Counted from the stretch's first letter, positions 1 to 9,478 are shown. The stretch is 31,799 nucleotides of DNA from Candidatus Thorarchaeota archaeon SMTZ1-45 (GCA_001563335.1 LRSL01000107.1:1-31799), one strand, 5' to 3'. The notes: generated by a model not told the origin, from the sequence alone. Numbers and translations: made by a program.

Positions 1-1358
1 TCTCTTCGTTCCTCAATGTGAAACATATTGTCAATTGCTTCTCTATACCCGCCATAAATCCCAGTTCCAACTGTACCTAAAACTGCAGCACCAATAACAG
101 TGGAATCTCTTACTTTGGGTAGAACAACAGGTTTGTTGATGCAGTCAGCTTGTATCTGACGCCACAATGGAGAATTCGCTCCGCCGCCCCCAATCCGAAG
201 TTCTTTGAACTCAATATCAAGCATTCCCTCCATCATTTCTAAGTAGAATGAGAGAACATATCCATTCGCCTCCAATATTGCTCGTGCAACATGCGCTTTT
301 GTATGACCAAATCCAAGATGGTAAAATATTCCCAAGTTATAAGCCATGAAGGGGAACATTATTAGACCATCGCTACCAGCTGGAATGGATGCTGCAGAAG
401 CCTCGATTATTTGATAAGCATCTTGTTCTGTTTGTGAAGCCAAAGCCATTTCGGGTTCACAATACTGGTCACGATACCACTTGTATGTAAGTCCAGTTCC
501 AGGAGTCACACCTTCAAGAATCCATTTTCCTGGTATCGCGGAGGGATTACAGAATAGCACGAATGACTCTTCCAAGTAATCGTCAAGATGAGTTATCACA
601 AAAGTTCCAGTTCCCGTTGTTGCTTTCACCAGGCCAGGTTCGATGACGCCCATACCTAATGCAGAACATTGTTGGTCCCCGCTCCCCAGAATAACAGGGG
701 TTCCTTTTAGTAGAGATGTTGCTTTCGATGCAGCAGAACTTATTTCACCAATTGTTGAACCAGAATTCCTGATTTCAGCTAGTTTGTCCATGGGTATTCC
801 TGTAGCTTCACATAGCTCACCAGACCATCTAATGGTTTCATGGTCGATTGGACCATATCTTGCATCAGCTGGAGAAGTGATTGGAGCACCACAAAGTCGG
901 TTGTTGAGGAATGCATCGAGCTGAAGCCATTTATGTGACTTCTTGAATAAATCAGGACGATTCTCCAGGAACCACATTAATTTTCTGACAGAGCTTCGGG
1001 GACCAATTTCCTCAGCCATCTCCTTGCTTTTCTTAGTTGATCTATTATCAACCCAAGTCACTGTAGGAGCTAAAGCATTGCCTTCTTTGTCAATCGGAGT
1101 AATCGAGTCTCTGGTCGTTGAAACTACCACTCCTACAATTGCTGCGGGTCCATGTTTACAGCCTGCAAGAGCTCTTTGCATTGTGTTGGCTGATGTCCGC
1201 CAGAATGTGTCTGCAACCTGCTCATGTATCTTGATATTCTGTGGTTTAGGTGGATATTCCTCATAGGCCTTACTCACCTCACGACCTTCTTCATCCACAA
1301 TGACAGAACGCGTTCCTGTTGTACCTATATCAAAGATTGCAAAGAGACGGTCACTCAT
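1..1358 (-). CDS. FGGY-family carbohydrate kinase (xylulokinase-like), 3' end runs off the window; absent from the ORF track
   Basis: Manual translation from ATG 1358: MSDRLFAIFDIGTTGTRS (phosphate-1 motif), GSGDQQCSALG, ATTGTG, ELRIGGGGANSPLWRQIQAD; GGTGAT RBS upstream. Confidence 0.92.
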   Translation of the reverse strand, partial: MSDRLFAIFDIGTTGTRSVIVDEEGREVSKAYEEYPPKPQNIKIHEQVADTFWRTSANTMQRALAGCKHGPAAIVGVVVSTTRDSITPIDKEGNALAPTVTWVDNRSTKKSKEMAEEIGPRSSVRKLMWFLENRPDLFKKSHKWLQLDAFLNNRLCGAPITSPADARYGPIDHETIRWSGELCEATGIPMDKLAEIRNSGSTIGEISSAASKATSLLKGTPVILGSGDQQCSALGMGVIEPGLVKATTGTGTFVITHLDDYLEESFVLFCNPSAIPGKWILEGVTPGTGLTYKWYRDQYCEPEMALASQTEQDAYQIIEASAASIPAGSDGLIMFPFMAYNLGIFYHLGFGHTKAHVARAILEANGYVLSFYLEMMEGMLDIEFKELRIGGGGANSPLWRQIQADCINKPVVLPKVRDSTVIGAAVLGTVGTGIYGGYREAIDNMFHIEERR

Positions 1359-1388
1359 TAGTATCACCAATACTCAATGCTAGTACAA

Positions 1389-1406
1389 GACAACATATAG
1401 GTTGTC
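1389..1406. promoter_or_regulatory. Inverted repeat GACAAC-N6-GTTGTC in a divergent intergenic region, possible operator
   Basis: Perfect 6-bp arms between the divergent kinase and MBL hydrolase starts. Confidence 0.3.
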
Positions 1407-1448
1407 CTACCATGAGAGTTTTATTAACATTAAAACATCCTAATTGTG

Positions 1449-2384
1449 ATGGCAGACTATCCAACTCATATACAGATTGAACCACATATCCATATGATCA
1501 GAGGTGCAAACGATGCTCGATTCCCAGAGGCAAATACACTACTAATCGATGATGAGATTCTCACACTTGTGGATGCTGGTTCCCATCCTGACCAAGTCTT
1601 TTCAACTCTTAGAGACCTTGGACATCAACCAGAAGACCTCGAACGTATCATATTGACGCATTATCATGCAGATCACAAAGGATACGCAGCATATTTGCGA
1701 AGTATATCCGAATGTGAAGTGTTGTGCCATCCCTTAGCCAAAGAAGGAGTCGAAAGCTTTCAGGCAATGATGAAATTCATAGGAATCAACAACCTAGAAA
1801 CAAAAGAGCATTGGTTGAACTTGCTGCAAGCTAGATTACCTCATGTTCAGGAGGATTACATTGTAGATAGTACCTTCCTTGATGACAAGCCAATAGATTG
1901 TGGTGAGATCCAACTCATCCCTCTTCATTCCCCAGGTCACACTCATGACCATACATGTTTTGGTATCAATGGACTTGAAAAGGTACTTCTTGTCGATATA
2001 GACCTAACAGAATTCGGACCCTGGTACGGGAATACTGTAAGCGACATCATGGATTTCAAGAAGTCAATCGAATATATTATTGATTTACAACCAAAAATGG
2101 GTATCAGCAGTCACCTTTTAGATCCTGTGACAGAAAATCTTGCAGAGAAATTAAAATGGTATCTGGAATTCTTTCAGAAACGTGATGAAGAAATCCTCCA
2201 TTATATCACAGCAGGTATAAACACAATATCCAAGCTTGCTCAAATACCAATAATATATCCTCGAATTCCTCACCCAGCCTATTTCATTTTTGAAGAATTG
2301 ATGCTCGAGAAGCACCTTGAACTCTTGTCTAAGAATGATCTTGTTATTCTACATGATGGGCAATTTCAGGTTCTAAGAGCTTAA
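1449..2384 (+). CDS. MBL-fold metallo-hydrolase with C-terminal winged-helix-like extension
   Basis: LVDAG, THYHADH (HxHxDH), HSPGHT, downstream Asp. Confidence 0.9.
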   Translation: MADYPTHIQIEPHIHMIRGANDARFPEANTLLIDDEILTLVDAGSHPDQVFSTLRDLGHQPEDLERIILTHYHADHKGYAAYLRSISECEVLCHPLAKEGVESFQAMMKFIGINNLETKEHWLNLLQARLPHVQEDYIVDSTFLDDKPIDCGEIQLIPLHSPGHTHDHTCFGINGLEKVLLVDIDLTEFGPWYGNTVSDIMDFKKSIEYIIDLQPKMGISSHLLDPVTENLAEKLKWYLEFFQKRDEEILHYITAGINTISKLAQIPIIYPRIPHPAYFIFEELMLEKHLELLSKNDLVILHDGQFQVLRA

Positions 2385-2406
2385 TTCAATCACAACTGCG
2401 AACATG

Positions 2407-3192
2407 CTACTTGTGTTTGAATTCAGGTTTTCGTTTCTCAAGGAAAGCTGCTACACCTTCTTCCTTATCTTCAGTATCGAATGTTTGACAAAATACATCA
2501 AGCTCAAATGCAAGACTATCACGTAGAGATTGTTGCCAAGCATTGTTCAGTGATTGTTTTGCCAACTTGATTGCCACTCCAGGTTTCTCAACCAACTTAA
2601 CTGCAAGTTCTTTAACACCTTCATGGAGAGCTTCAATGGATTCAAACACTTTGTTTACAAGACCAACGCGTAATGCTTCATCAGCCTTAATCTGATCTCC
2701 AGTGAATACTAACTCTTTTGCAATACCTAGACCTACAAGTCGTGGAAGTCTAACTGTACCACCATATCCTGGGATTATACCCAGAAGAATCTCTGGTTGC
2801 CCAAATCTTGCATTTGCAGATGCATATCGGATGTCGCAAGCCATTGCAAGCTCACAGCCACCTCCCAGTGCAAAACCGTTTACTGCAGCAATTACTGGTT
2901 TGCTCATTGATTCTATGAATACACTGAGGTCTTGTCCAGCCTTGGCAGCTGGGCGTATTTCAGTCGAGTCCCTTCCTGGAAACCCTGTGATGTCAGCTCC
3001 TGCAGCAAAAGCTTTCTCACCTGCACCAGTAAGAATGACAACCCTTACAGAATCATCCTCTTCAGCTTTCTTGAAGAAATCACTTAAAGCATCTCTCACC
3101 GCCATGTTCAATGCATTGTATTTCGTAGGTCGATTGATTGTGATGGTTGCAATTCCATCAACCACTTCGTAGAGAACTTCCTGTTCAGACAT
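2407..3192 (-). CDS. Enoyl-CoA hydratase/isomerase (crotonase)
   Basis: AFAAGADI, ALGGGCELAMACDIR, FGQPEILLGIIPGYGG, C-terminal FLEKRKPEF; start moved to MSEQEV behind a GGAGG RBS. Confidence 0.95.
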   Translation of the reverse strand: MSEQEVLYEVVDGIATITINRPTKYNALNMAVRDALSDFFKKAEEDDSVRVVILTGAGEKAFAAGADITGFPGRDSTEIRPAAKAGQDLSVFIESMSKPVIAAVNGFALGGGCELAMACDIRYASANARFGQPEILLGIIPGYGGTVRLPRLVGLGIAKELVFTGDQIKADEALRVGLVNKVFESIEALHEGVKELAVKLVEKPGVAIKLAKQSLNNAWQQSLRDSLAFELDVFCQTFDTEDKEEGVAAFLEKRKPEFKHK

Positions 3193-3323
3193 AGCATTTC
3201 CTCCTAGATAGCATTCGCTCAGGCTCAATGGTGAGTAATAAGCCTTCGCGCGTATGACGCTGGCATCACTTAATGTTTAATTACTTGTTTTCCCCTAAAT
3301 TAATAGAAGCCCCCGGAGTGAAT

Positions 3324-3680
3324 ATGATGGTTAGCTCTGACAAAAGAGATGTATGGAGAGAGAGTCTCGGTGCTATGAAAGCATCTCTTGAGAAGTCGTA
3401 CGAGTTCAAGACTATTGTTCAAGAAGAAGAGCAACTTATTCAAGGGCTTAGAGACATTAGCAAAAATTATGTCGTATTCTCAGGCTACAGGCGGAATGAT
3501 GGCAAAAGAAGAATGAATGACATAAAAAGCATGATTGATAGTGCCATAGAGGAGATTGATTGCTGTGACTCGAAGGAAGCATCTTCCATATATCTACAAA
3601 CTCTGAAGGCCATCACAATGCAGACCCGTTGGGCATCAATACTGGAAGATCTTTCAAAGTATTATCACAACTTTGGTTGA
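3324..3680 (+). CDS. Hypothetical all-helical protein
   Basis: Open frame with amphipathic helices; GGAGTGA RBS before ATG 3324/3327. Confidence 0.7.
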   Translation: MMVSSDKRDVWRESLGAMKASLEKSYEFKTIVQEEEQLIQGLRDISKNYVVFSGYRRNDGKRRMNDIKSMIDSAIEEIDCCDSKEASSIYLQTLKAITMQTRWASILEDLSKYYHNFG

Positions 3681-3754
3681 GAATCCATGTCATTAAACTA
3701 TCATTCATATTACTATATTGTTCAAATAGTATCAAAATAATCCGGTGATTTAAC

Positions 3755-3958
3755 ATCCCAACAATAATAGATGACACCTGCTGTGATGGATGTGGAACCT
3801 GCTTAAAGGTCTGTAGATATGGGGTATATGAGAAACTAGATGAGAAACCACAAGTTGCCCATGTCCAATATTGTAAGGAATGCGGAAATTGCATTGAAGA
3901 GTGTCCGAATGGATGTATCACATTTAGAAACTGTATTAATAAGAGATTAGAGAAATAA
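3755..3958 (+). CDS. 2[4Fe-4S] ferredoxin (67 aa), absent from the ORF track; no canonical start codon
   Basis: (I/M)PTIIDDTCCDGCGTCLKVCRYGVY...YCKECGNCIEECPNGCITF: two CxxCxxCxxxC motifs; GGTGAT RBS at 3744-3749 precedes ATC 3755. Confidence 0.88.
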   Translation: MPTIIDDTCCDGCGTCLKVCRYGVYEKLDEKPQVAHVQYCKECGNCIEECPNGCITFRNCINKRLEK

Positions 3959-3982
3959 ATAGAAAGGAGAGCCCGAAGGCTC
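3950..3982 (-). terminator. Stem-loop (cUUCGg tetraloop) plus U-rich tract after the DUF35 gene
   Basis: Minus strand GAGCC-TTCG-GGCTC followed by TCCTTTCTATTTATTTCTC. Confidence 0.7.
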
Positions 3983-3990
3983 GACCTTAC

Positions 3991-4404
3991 CTAAACTAGC
4001 CACTTATAGGTGACCATTTTTTCATGATGTTCAAAAGCCAGCTTGAGGGGCATACCCACAGTGGGTGGGCCCATTGGATTGGTAATATGCGCAGTCAACC
4101 TCAGTCCAGATGGAAACTCGCCTATTGCTACAATATATGGTTGCTTCGAGGAAAGGCTCGCTGGAGCAAAATCCACAATGACAAATGAGTAGAGCTTTGC
4201 TTCTCTCTCAGTAAACTCAGTCAGTTCGCACTCATTCATGTCCTTCTGGCATTGTTGTCTTGGAGGAAGGTACTCAGCTCCACACTTTGTACACTTACTC
4301 TTCATGAGTTTCCCTTCATCTAGTGCTTCAAGAAATTTCTGGAGAAAGGGAGTTACAGCCTTGTCTGAAGAGTAACCCAGATAGATCTCTTTGTGTTCCG
4401 CCAT
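3991..4404 (-). CDS. DUF35 Zn-ribbon/OB-fold protein, thiolase partner
   Basis: KCTKCGAEYLPPRQQCQKD, then OB-fold (LYSFVIV...PYIVAIGEF..GLRLTA); 3 bp downstream of the thiolase. Confidence 0.92.
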   Translation of the reverse strand: MAEHKEIYLGYSSDKAVTPFLQKFLEALDEGKLMKSKCTKCGAEYLPPRQQCQKDMNECELTEFTEREAKLYSFVIVDFAPASLSSKQPYIVAIGEFPSGLRLTAHITNPMGPPTVGMPLKLAFEHHEKMVTYKWLV

Positions 4405-4407
4405 TCT

Positions 4408-5574
4408 TTACCAACCTCTCTCAAAGATGAACACATTGACGAATTGGCCTGACTGCCCAACATTATGTGCAAGACCATATTTGACATCCTTAATTTGTCG
4501 AGACTGATTCTCAGCTTCTCCTCTCATCTGTGTCAGGATCTCATAAGCCATTGAAAGACCAGTTGCACCAAGAGGATGACCTTTACTCTTAAGACCACCA
4601 TCGCAGTTCACAGGAATTCGACCATCATGATAAATTTCTTTATTCTCTACGAGTTCTCGACCTTTTCCTGGTTCTGCAAAACCTAAGTCTTCATATGCAA
4701 TCATTTCAGCTATACTGAAACAGTCGTGTACTTCAGCCATGTTTATATCATCAGGTTTGAGCCCAGCCATAGTATAAGCAGCTTTTGCAGCACGTTTTGC
4801 ACCAGGTATTGAAGTAAGTGAGTTTCTATCTTGAATCATCATTGCTGAGGCTCCTGCACCAATACCTTTGATCCACATTGGTCTATCTGTGAATTCTTTT
4901 ACACGATCTTCAGCTGCAATCACAACACCTGCTGCGCCATCTGTGATAAGACTACAATCATAGAGATTTAGCGGCCTACATATTGGTACAGAGTTATGTG
5001 CTTCTTCGAGAGTAACCTCTTTTGGAAGATGCGATTTAGGATTTTGTGCACCATAATGATGAGATTTTACAGAGATCATTGAAAGAACCTCATGGGGGAG
5101 ATTATACTCATGCATGTACCTTGATGCCATGAGAGCATAGAATGCTGGGAAGCTGATTCCATAGGGATATTCCCATCGCATGTCTCCAGCTTGCGACATA
5201 TATTCAGTTGCAGTTGCTGACGAAACTCTGTTCATTTGCTCTACTCCAAGTACCAACATAACATCATAAAGCCCTGAAGCCACCATTCCCCACGCTGCTC
5301 TTAGACTTGCAGTGCCTGTAGTACAAGCTGATTCAACTCTTAGGTGAGGTTTGTCTTGAAGTCCTAGATAGTCTGCGATTAGAGCAGAACCAGCTCCTTG
5401 ACCTGTGAATTGCGATGCCGCATAAGAGAGAACTGTTGCATCAATCTTGTCTTGCGTAATTCCGTCATCATAGATTGGTTTGTATGCTTCTGCACAGAGC
5501 TCTCTCATAGTTGCATCATATCTTTTACCAAACTTGCTGTGGCCACCAGCGACAACAGCAACCTTCCTTGCCAT
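4408..5574 (-). CDS. Archaeal/SCP2-type thiolase (acetyl-CoA acyltransferase)
   Basis: ESACTTG catalytic Cys, AEVHDCF, KGHPLGATG, LAHNVG. Confidence 0.95.
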   Translation of the reverse strand: MARKVAVVAGGHSKFGKRYDATMRELCAEAYKPIYDDGITQDKIDATVLSYAASQFTGQGAGSALIADYLGLQDKPHLRVESACTTGTASLRAAWGMVASGLYDVMLVLGVEQMNRVSSATATEYMSQAGDMRWEYPYGISFPAFYALMASRYMHEYNLPHEVLSMISVKSHHYGAQNPKSHLPKEVTLEEAHNSVPICRPLNLYDCSLITDGAAGVVIAAEDRVKEFTDRPMWIKGIGAGASAMMIQDRNSLTSIPGAKRAAKAAYTMAGLKPDDINMAEVHDCFSIAEMIAYEDLGFAEPGKGRELVENKEIYHDGRIPVNCDGGLKSKGHPLGATGLSMAYEILTQMRGEAENQSRQIKDVKYGLAHNVGQSGQFVNVFIFERGW

Positions 5575-5686
5575 TTCATATCCTCCATGGGAAGAGTCAG
5601 ACCTGTGAATCCAGAGTCTGGCTCATATTGTTTACAGTGTGTAACCTTTCATCAAATACGTGGTCTTAAGGTTGACGATTGGCCAT

Positions 5687-5721
5687 AAAAAAGAGAAGAA
5701 AGACCCCGGAGGACCGGGGTC
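5687..5721 (-). terminator. GC-rich stem-loop plus U tract after the second crotonase
   Basis: Minus strand GACCCCGG-TCCT-CCGGGGTC followed by TTTCTTCTCTTTTTT. Confidence 0.8.
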
Positions 5722-5735
5722 AAATCAAAAATATA

Positions 5736-6548
5736 CTATTCTCCTGTGAATTTCCCACGTCTTTTCTCAAAGACTGAGGCGATTCCCTCACCAAGATCCT
5801 TTGTGTGGAAACATTGAACACCGGCGTCGGCTTGAAACTCGAAATTTTGCTTATAGTCACTCTCGAAAGCCATATGAGTTGCCTGTTTTGCAAGCTTCAA
5901 AGCTACTGGTGCATTTCCACCAAACTTTGCTCCGAACCACATGGCTTGGCTCAACAACTCATCCTTGCTAACGACTTTGCTCACAAGTCCCATATTCAGA
6001 GCCTCTTGCGCTGTGACCTGTCCGCCAGTTAGAATCATCTCCATCGCCTTTCCAAGTCCAACAATTCTGGGGAGTCTACAGCATCCTCCCCATGCGGGAA
6101 TTAATCCTAGGTTGACCTCAGGTGATCCTATTTTCGCTTCAGTATCACAGATTCGAACATCGCAAGCGAGAGCAAGTTCGAAACCACCACCAAGACAGAG
6201 TCCATTAATGGCCGCGATTACTGGTTTAGAGAGCTTTGCAACAGTATCGATAGCTTCGATTCCTTGCTCCAAAAGCGGTCGGACTTCATCAGGTGTGCTC
6301 AGGAGTGCTTGCGCCTCCTTAAGATCTGCACCAACGCCAAACACCTTTTCATGGGTTGATGCAATCACAACAGATCTAACCTCTGGGTCCTTTTCCGCTT
6401 CCTGTAGAGCAGCGACAAGATCATTGAGGATAGTTGCGTTGAAGGCATTCATTGCATCAATGCGATTCATCTTAATTACGGCAACATTCTTTGCAGGAGA
6501 AAGAAACGAACCTTCTTTTGAGTAAAGTATTGTTTCATATTCTGGCAT
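5736..6548 (-). CDS. Enoyl-CoA hydratase/isomerase (second paralog)
   Basis: FGVGADL, CLGGGFELALACDVR, GSPEVNLGLIPAWGG. Confidence 0.95.
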   Translation of the reverse strand: MPEYETILYSKEGSFLSPAKNVAVIKMNRIDAMNAFNATILNDLVAALQEAEKDPEVRSVVIASTHEKVFGVGADLKEAQALLSTPDEVRPLLEQGIEAIDTVAKLSKPVIAAINGLCLGGGFELALACDVRICDTEAKIGSPEVNLGLIPAWGGCCRLPRIVGLGKAMEMILTGGQVTAQEALNMGLVSKVVSKDELLSQAMWFGAKFGGNAPVALKLAKQATHMAFESDYKQNFEFQADAGVQCFHTKDLGEGIASVFEKRRGKFTGE

Positions 6549-6644
6549 TTGTATCCACCTTGTTGGAGACTATGCAAGATTCGTGTGAGTGACTGACTTA
6601 TAAATCTCATTTATCATCGATTGAAACTCATCGAAATTTAATAT

Positions 6645-6689
6645 TCAAAACAAGAAATAGGCAGGGCTTGAGCCCCTGCCTCTTTTTTT
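6645..6689. terminator. Stem-loop with U-rich tracts on both strands after the 3-hydroxyacyl-CoA dehydrogenase
   Basis: AGGCAGGG-CTTGAGC-CCCTGCCT (6659-6681); T run follows on +, ATTTCTTGTTTTG follows on -. Confidence 0.75.
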
Positions 6690-7811
6690 TTATCCTAGAT
6701 ACTTTGGTATTGAGTAACAGTCACCGAACTCTTCATGGAGTTTCTTGATGAAATCACGAACCTTGTCAATACCAAAATGGTCGAGCATTTCAAATGGTCC
6801 CATAGGCCAGCTTGCTCCTAGCTTCATTGCCATGTCGATGTCTTCTTTGTTCGCAATGTCATCATCAACAAGAATCATCGCTTCTCGTATAGCAGGTATG
6901 TTGATACGCTCTACAATCCATTGAGGGTCAGCACCTTTCGGTGGTTCAGGTTCTTCTTCCTCTTTACCATACGAGTAAAAGCCCTTCTTGGTTTTCATAC
7001 CGAAGTTTCCTGATTCAACAAGGTTCTTCAGAGTTTCTGGAGGTTTAAAGCAATCTCCAATTTCTCTATAAAGCGTCGACATGGCATTGTATGCAATATC
7101 AAGCCCAACAAAATCACCCAGTGAAAAGGGACCTGCAGGAGCCTTACCTATACTGACCATTGCGGTATCAATCTCTTCTTTCGTCGCTTCACCACGTTCC
7201 AACATGAGAATTCCTTCACGCAGTGCGGGATTAAGAATACGATTAACAATAAACCCAGGACTGTTCTTAGCTCTAACGGTTTTCTTGCCCTGAGTTTTAC
7301 CCACTGATTCAACGGCAGCAATTGTTTCATCACTCGTCTTTTCTCCTATTACAAGCTCCAAGAGCTTCATGGCTGGGACAGGTGAGAAGTAGTGCATGCC
7401 AATGAATTTGTCAGGTCTCTTTGTAGCTGTTGCCAATTCATCAATGCTCAATGACGATGTGTTTGTTGCGAGAATCGCATGAGCTGGAGCAGCGGCATCT
7501 ATCTTAGCGAAGATTTCCTTTTTAACATCCATATTCTCAAAGATAGCCTCTATGACCAGGTCAGCCTCCTTGACAGCTTCCTCAAGATTAATTGTCGGAC
7601 TCAGCCTACTCATTAGACCCTCAGCATCACTCATGGAGATTTTTCCCTTGTCTATGCCAGTCATAACATCAGTACGAATACGTTCCATACCCTTCTCAAT
7701 GAACTCTTCCTTGGTGTCAACGATACTCACATTGAATCCATTCCATGCCGAAACATAGGCAATTCCTGCACCCATGAGTCCAGCACCTATTACTGCAATC
7801 TTGTTTACCAT
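6690..7811 (-). CDS. 3-hydroxyacyl-CoA dehydrogenase with duplicated C-terminal domain
   Basis: GAGLMGAGIA Rossmann motif, EAIFE, NTSSLS, GMHYFSP..LLE, PGFIVNR; second copy DIDMAMKLGASWPMGPF; GGAGG RBS favours ATG 7811 over 7817. Confidence 0.95.
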   Translation of the reverse strand: MVNKIAVIGAGLMGAGIAYVSAWNGFNVSIVDTKEEFIEKGMERIRTDVMTGIDKGKISMSDAEGLMSRLSPTINLEEAVKEADLVIEAIFENMDVKKEIFAKIDAAAPAHAILATNTSSLSIDELATATKRPDKFIGMHYFSPVPAMKLLELVIGEKTSDETIAAVESVGKTQGKKTVRAKNSPGFIVNRILNPALREGILMLERGEATKEEIDTAMVSIGKAPAGPFSLGDFVGLDIAYNAMSTLYREIGDCFKPPETLKNLVESGNFGMKTKKGFYSYGKEEEEPEPPKGADPQWIVERINIPAIREAMILVDDDIANKEDIDMAMKLGASWPMGPFEMLDHFGIDKVRDFIKKLHEEFGDCYSIPKYLG

Positions 7812-7823
7812 TATCATAACCTC

Positions 7824-8183
7824 CTACATAGCCCCCATCATGACTGCAAGAATCAGATTTGCCAAAGGATCGCTCTCATGAGCATTTCCAATCACTTCCA
7901 GACGCCCATCCTTCATTGTGTCTCTGAATGGAACCTCTCCAGTGAATATACCTAGTAATATTTCTGAGTTGGCCTTATAGATGACATCAGGACTTGGGTA
8001 GACACCATCGAAGATCTCAATCTTGTCCTTTGTCACCACCATGTAACTTGGACCTTCCTCAGTATAAACCTGGAGGATTTTGCCATGATAAGGACCAACC
8101 CAAGCTTCGAGTTGTTTCTTTAGATCATCTTTTGTGTTGCATTGGGTCATCAAGAACTTGAAAAATTCTTGTAGTTGTGACAT
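7824..8183 (-). CDS. SCP2 sterol/lipid-binding domain protein
   Basis: PDVIYKANSEILLGIFTGEVPFRDTMKDGRLEVIGN matches the SCP2 pattern; lipid-catabolic context. Confidence 0.8.
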   Translation of the reverse strand: MSQLQEFFKFLMTQCNTKDDLKKQLEAWVGPYHGKILQVYTEEGPSYMVVTKDKIEIFDGVYPSPDVIYKANSEILLGIFTGEVPFRDTMKDGRLEVIGNAHESDPLANLILAVMMGAM

Positions 8184-8187
8184 CTAT

Positions 8188-8715
8188 TTATTCCTCCTTC
8201 GCCATCCAATCATCTACAGCTTCATGCATCACAGCATCCACAGTGGTTGCCCAGAAGTTGCCCTTTCTGGTTTTTACCTTGTCTAGAAATGCGTCATACT
8301 TGTCACCATCCATTAAGACAACAACACGACCCTTTCTATCATTAATGAATGATTGGTGAATCATCTTCTTGGTGTTCCAATACTCATGTTGGATGTCACC
8401 ATCCTTGAGTCGCGGATAGAATGGCCATGCACCTGTTGGATGTGTTCTATAGGATTTTCCACCAGACTTCCATTTCTTCACTTTGTCGCCTGTAGCTTCC
8501 TTGAAACCAGGTCGGAAAGGCCATTGAGGGACATAGCGAAAGCCTTTCTCACCATCCACCTCTCCACCCGTCCATCGACCCGTATAGACTCTTCCACCAG
8601 TATTATTACAAAACTGCTCCATGACTACTTCGATGAAACCTTCAAGAGTAAGACCAGATTCTTCAGCCATTTTCCTCATGTTCTCAAGTGTTTCACCTTC
8701 GAAATTGACATCCAT
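8188..8715 (-). CDS. Hypothetical protein with ribbon-helix-helix-like segments at both termini
   Basis: Tightly packed in the operon with GGAGG RBS; strand-helix-G-helix pattern at N- and C-termini. Confidence 0.75.
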   Translation of the reverse strand: MDVNFEGETLENMRKMAEESGLTLEGFIEVVMEQFCNNTGGRVYTGRWTGGEVDGEKGFRYVPQWPFRPGFKEATGDKVKKWKSGGKSYRTHPTGAWPFYPRLKDGDIQHEYWNTKKMIHQSFINDRKGRVVVLMDGDKYDAFLDKVKTRKGNFWATTVDAVMHEAVDDWMAKEE

Positions 8716-8716
8716 C

Positions 8717-9478
8717 TTATTTGTCCTCCTTTCTGAATGCTAGCCTTTTGTATGGATTACCCCAACGCTCGTCATACATGAGCCCCTCCAAAGGCGCTCT
8801 GCTAGGACCTAATGCTCTTGGAGATACACGTTTTCCAATACAAAATGCTGTCAGTGGTTCCCAGATTGGGGGTATTCCAAGTCTGTCTCTGATGAGTTCA
8901 GCATGTCGAGGATCTGAACAGACAAGAGCCTCGTATCCACAACCATATCCAAGTTCAGTAGCTACTAGCCACATGTTCATTATAGCCATTCCACAGACAA
9001 CAGAACCGAATAGGGAATTTGGATAGAGATAACCTGCGTCATGCCATGCCTCACTTGCACAGACAATAATACAAGTATCGCTTTTTTCGGGATATCTAAA
9101 CAACTCTCCATCTCTTAGTCTAGCGTAGACAGCCGCCCTGTAAGGATCAGTAATAAACCAGTTTCTTCCACTTGTTAGTTCAAATGGAGCTCCTCCAAAA
9201 GCTGTCTGAGCCATCTCTTGCGCTATATCAGCAAGAAAGACCTTAGTTTCTTGATCATCTCGTATCACTACAAAACGCATCATAAGCATATTCTCAGGAC
9301 TCGGCGCATGTCGCGCTGCTTCCAGTATCAACTCAATGTGTTCATCAGGTATTTTTTCGCCGGTGAATTCTCGGATGGAGCGTCTCTCTCGAATCCACTT
9401 TAAGGACTCAAGCTCTTGTGTGGTTTTCACTCCTTCTTCAGCTTCACCAGCTGCTTTACTCTCTGCATCTGAAGCCAT
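8717..9478 (-). CDS. Nitroreductase-family FMN protein
   Basis: RRSIREF, AARHAPSPEN, NMWLVATELGYG, AFCIG. Confidence 0.9.
   Translation of the reverse strand: MASDAESKAAGEAEEGVKTTQELESLKWIRERRSIREFTGEKIPDEHIELILEAARHAPSPENMLMMRFVVIRDDQETKVFLADIAQEMAQTAFGGAPFELTSGRNWFITDPYRAAVYARLRDGELFRYPEKSDTCIIVCASEAWHDAGYLYPNSLFGSVVCGMAIMNMWLVATELGYGCGYEALVCSDPRHAELIRDRLGIPPIWEPLTAFCIGKRVSPRALGPSRAPLEGLMYDERWGNPYKRLAFRKEDK

Noticed and set aside
643-1266. Plus-strand ORFs of 93 and 107 aa
   Set aside because: Antisense shadows of the FGGY kinase on the minus strand
3683-3757. Sec readthrough of TGA 3746-3748 into the ferredoxin
   Set aside because: No in-frame start in the upstream intergenic stretch, the TGA is part of the GGTGAT RBS, and no SECIS was seen downstream
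3613-3921. 102-aa minus-strand ORF
   Set aside because: Antisense to the ferredoxin, which has clear motifs
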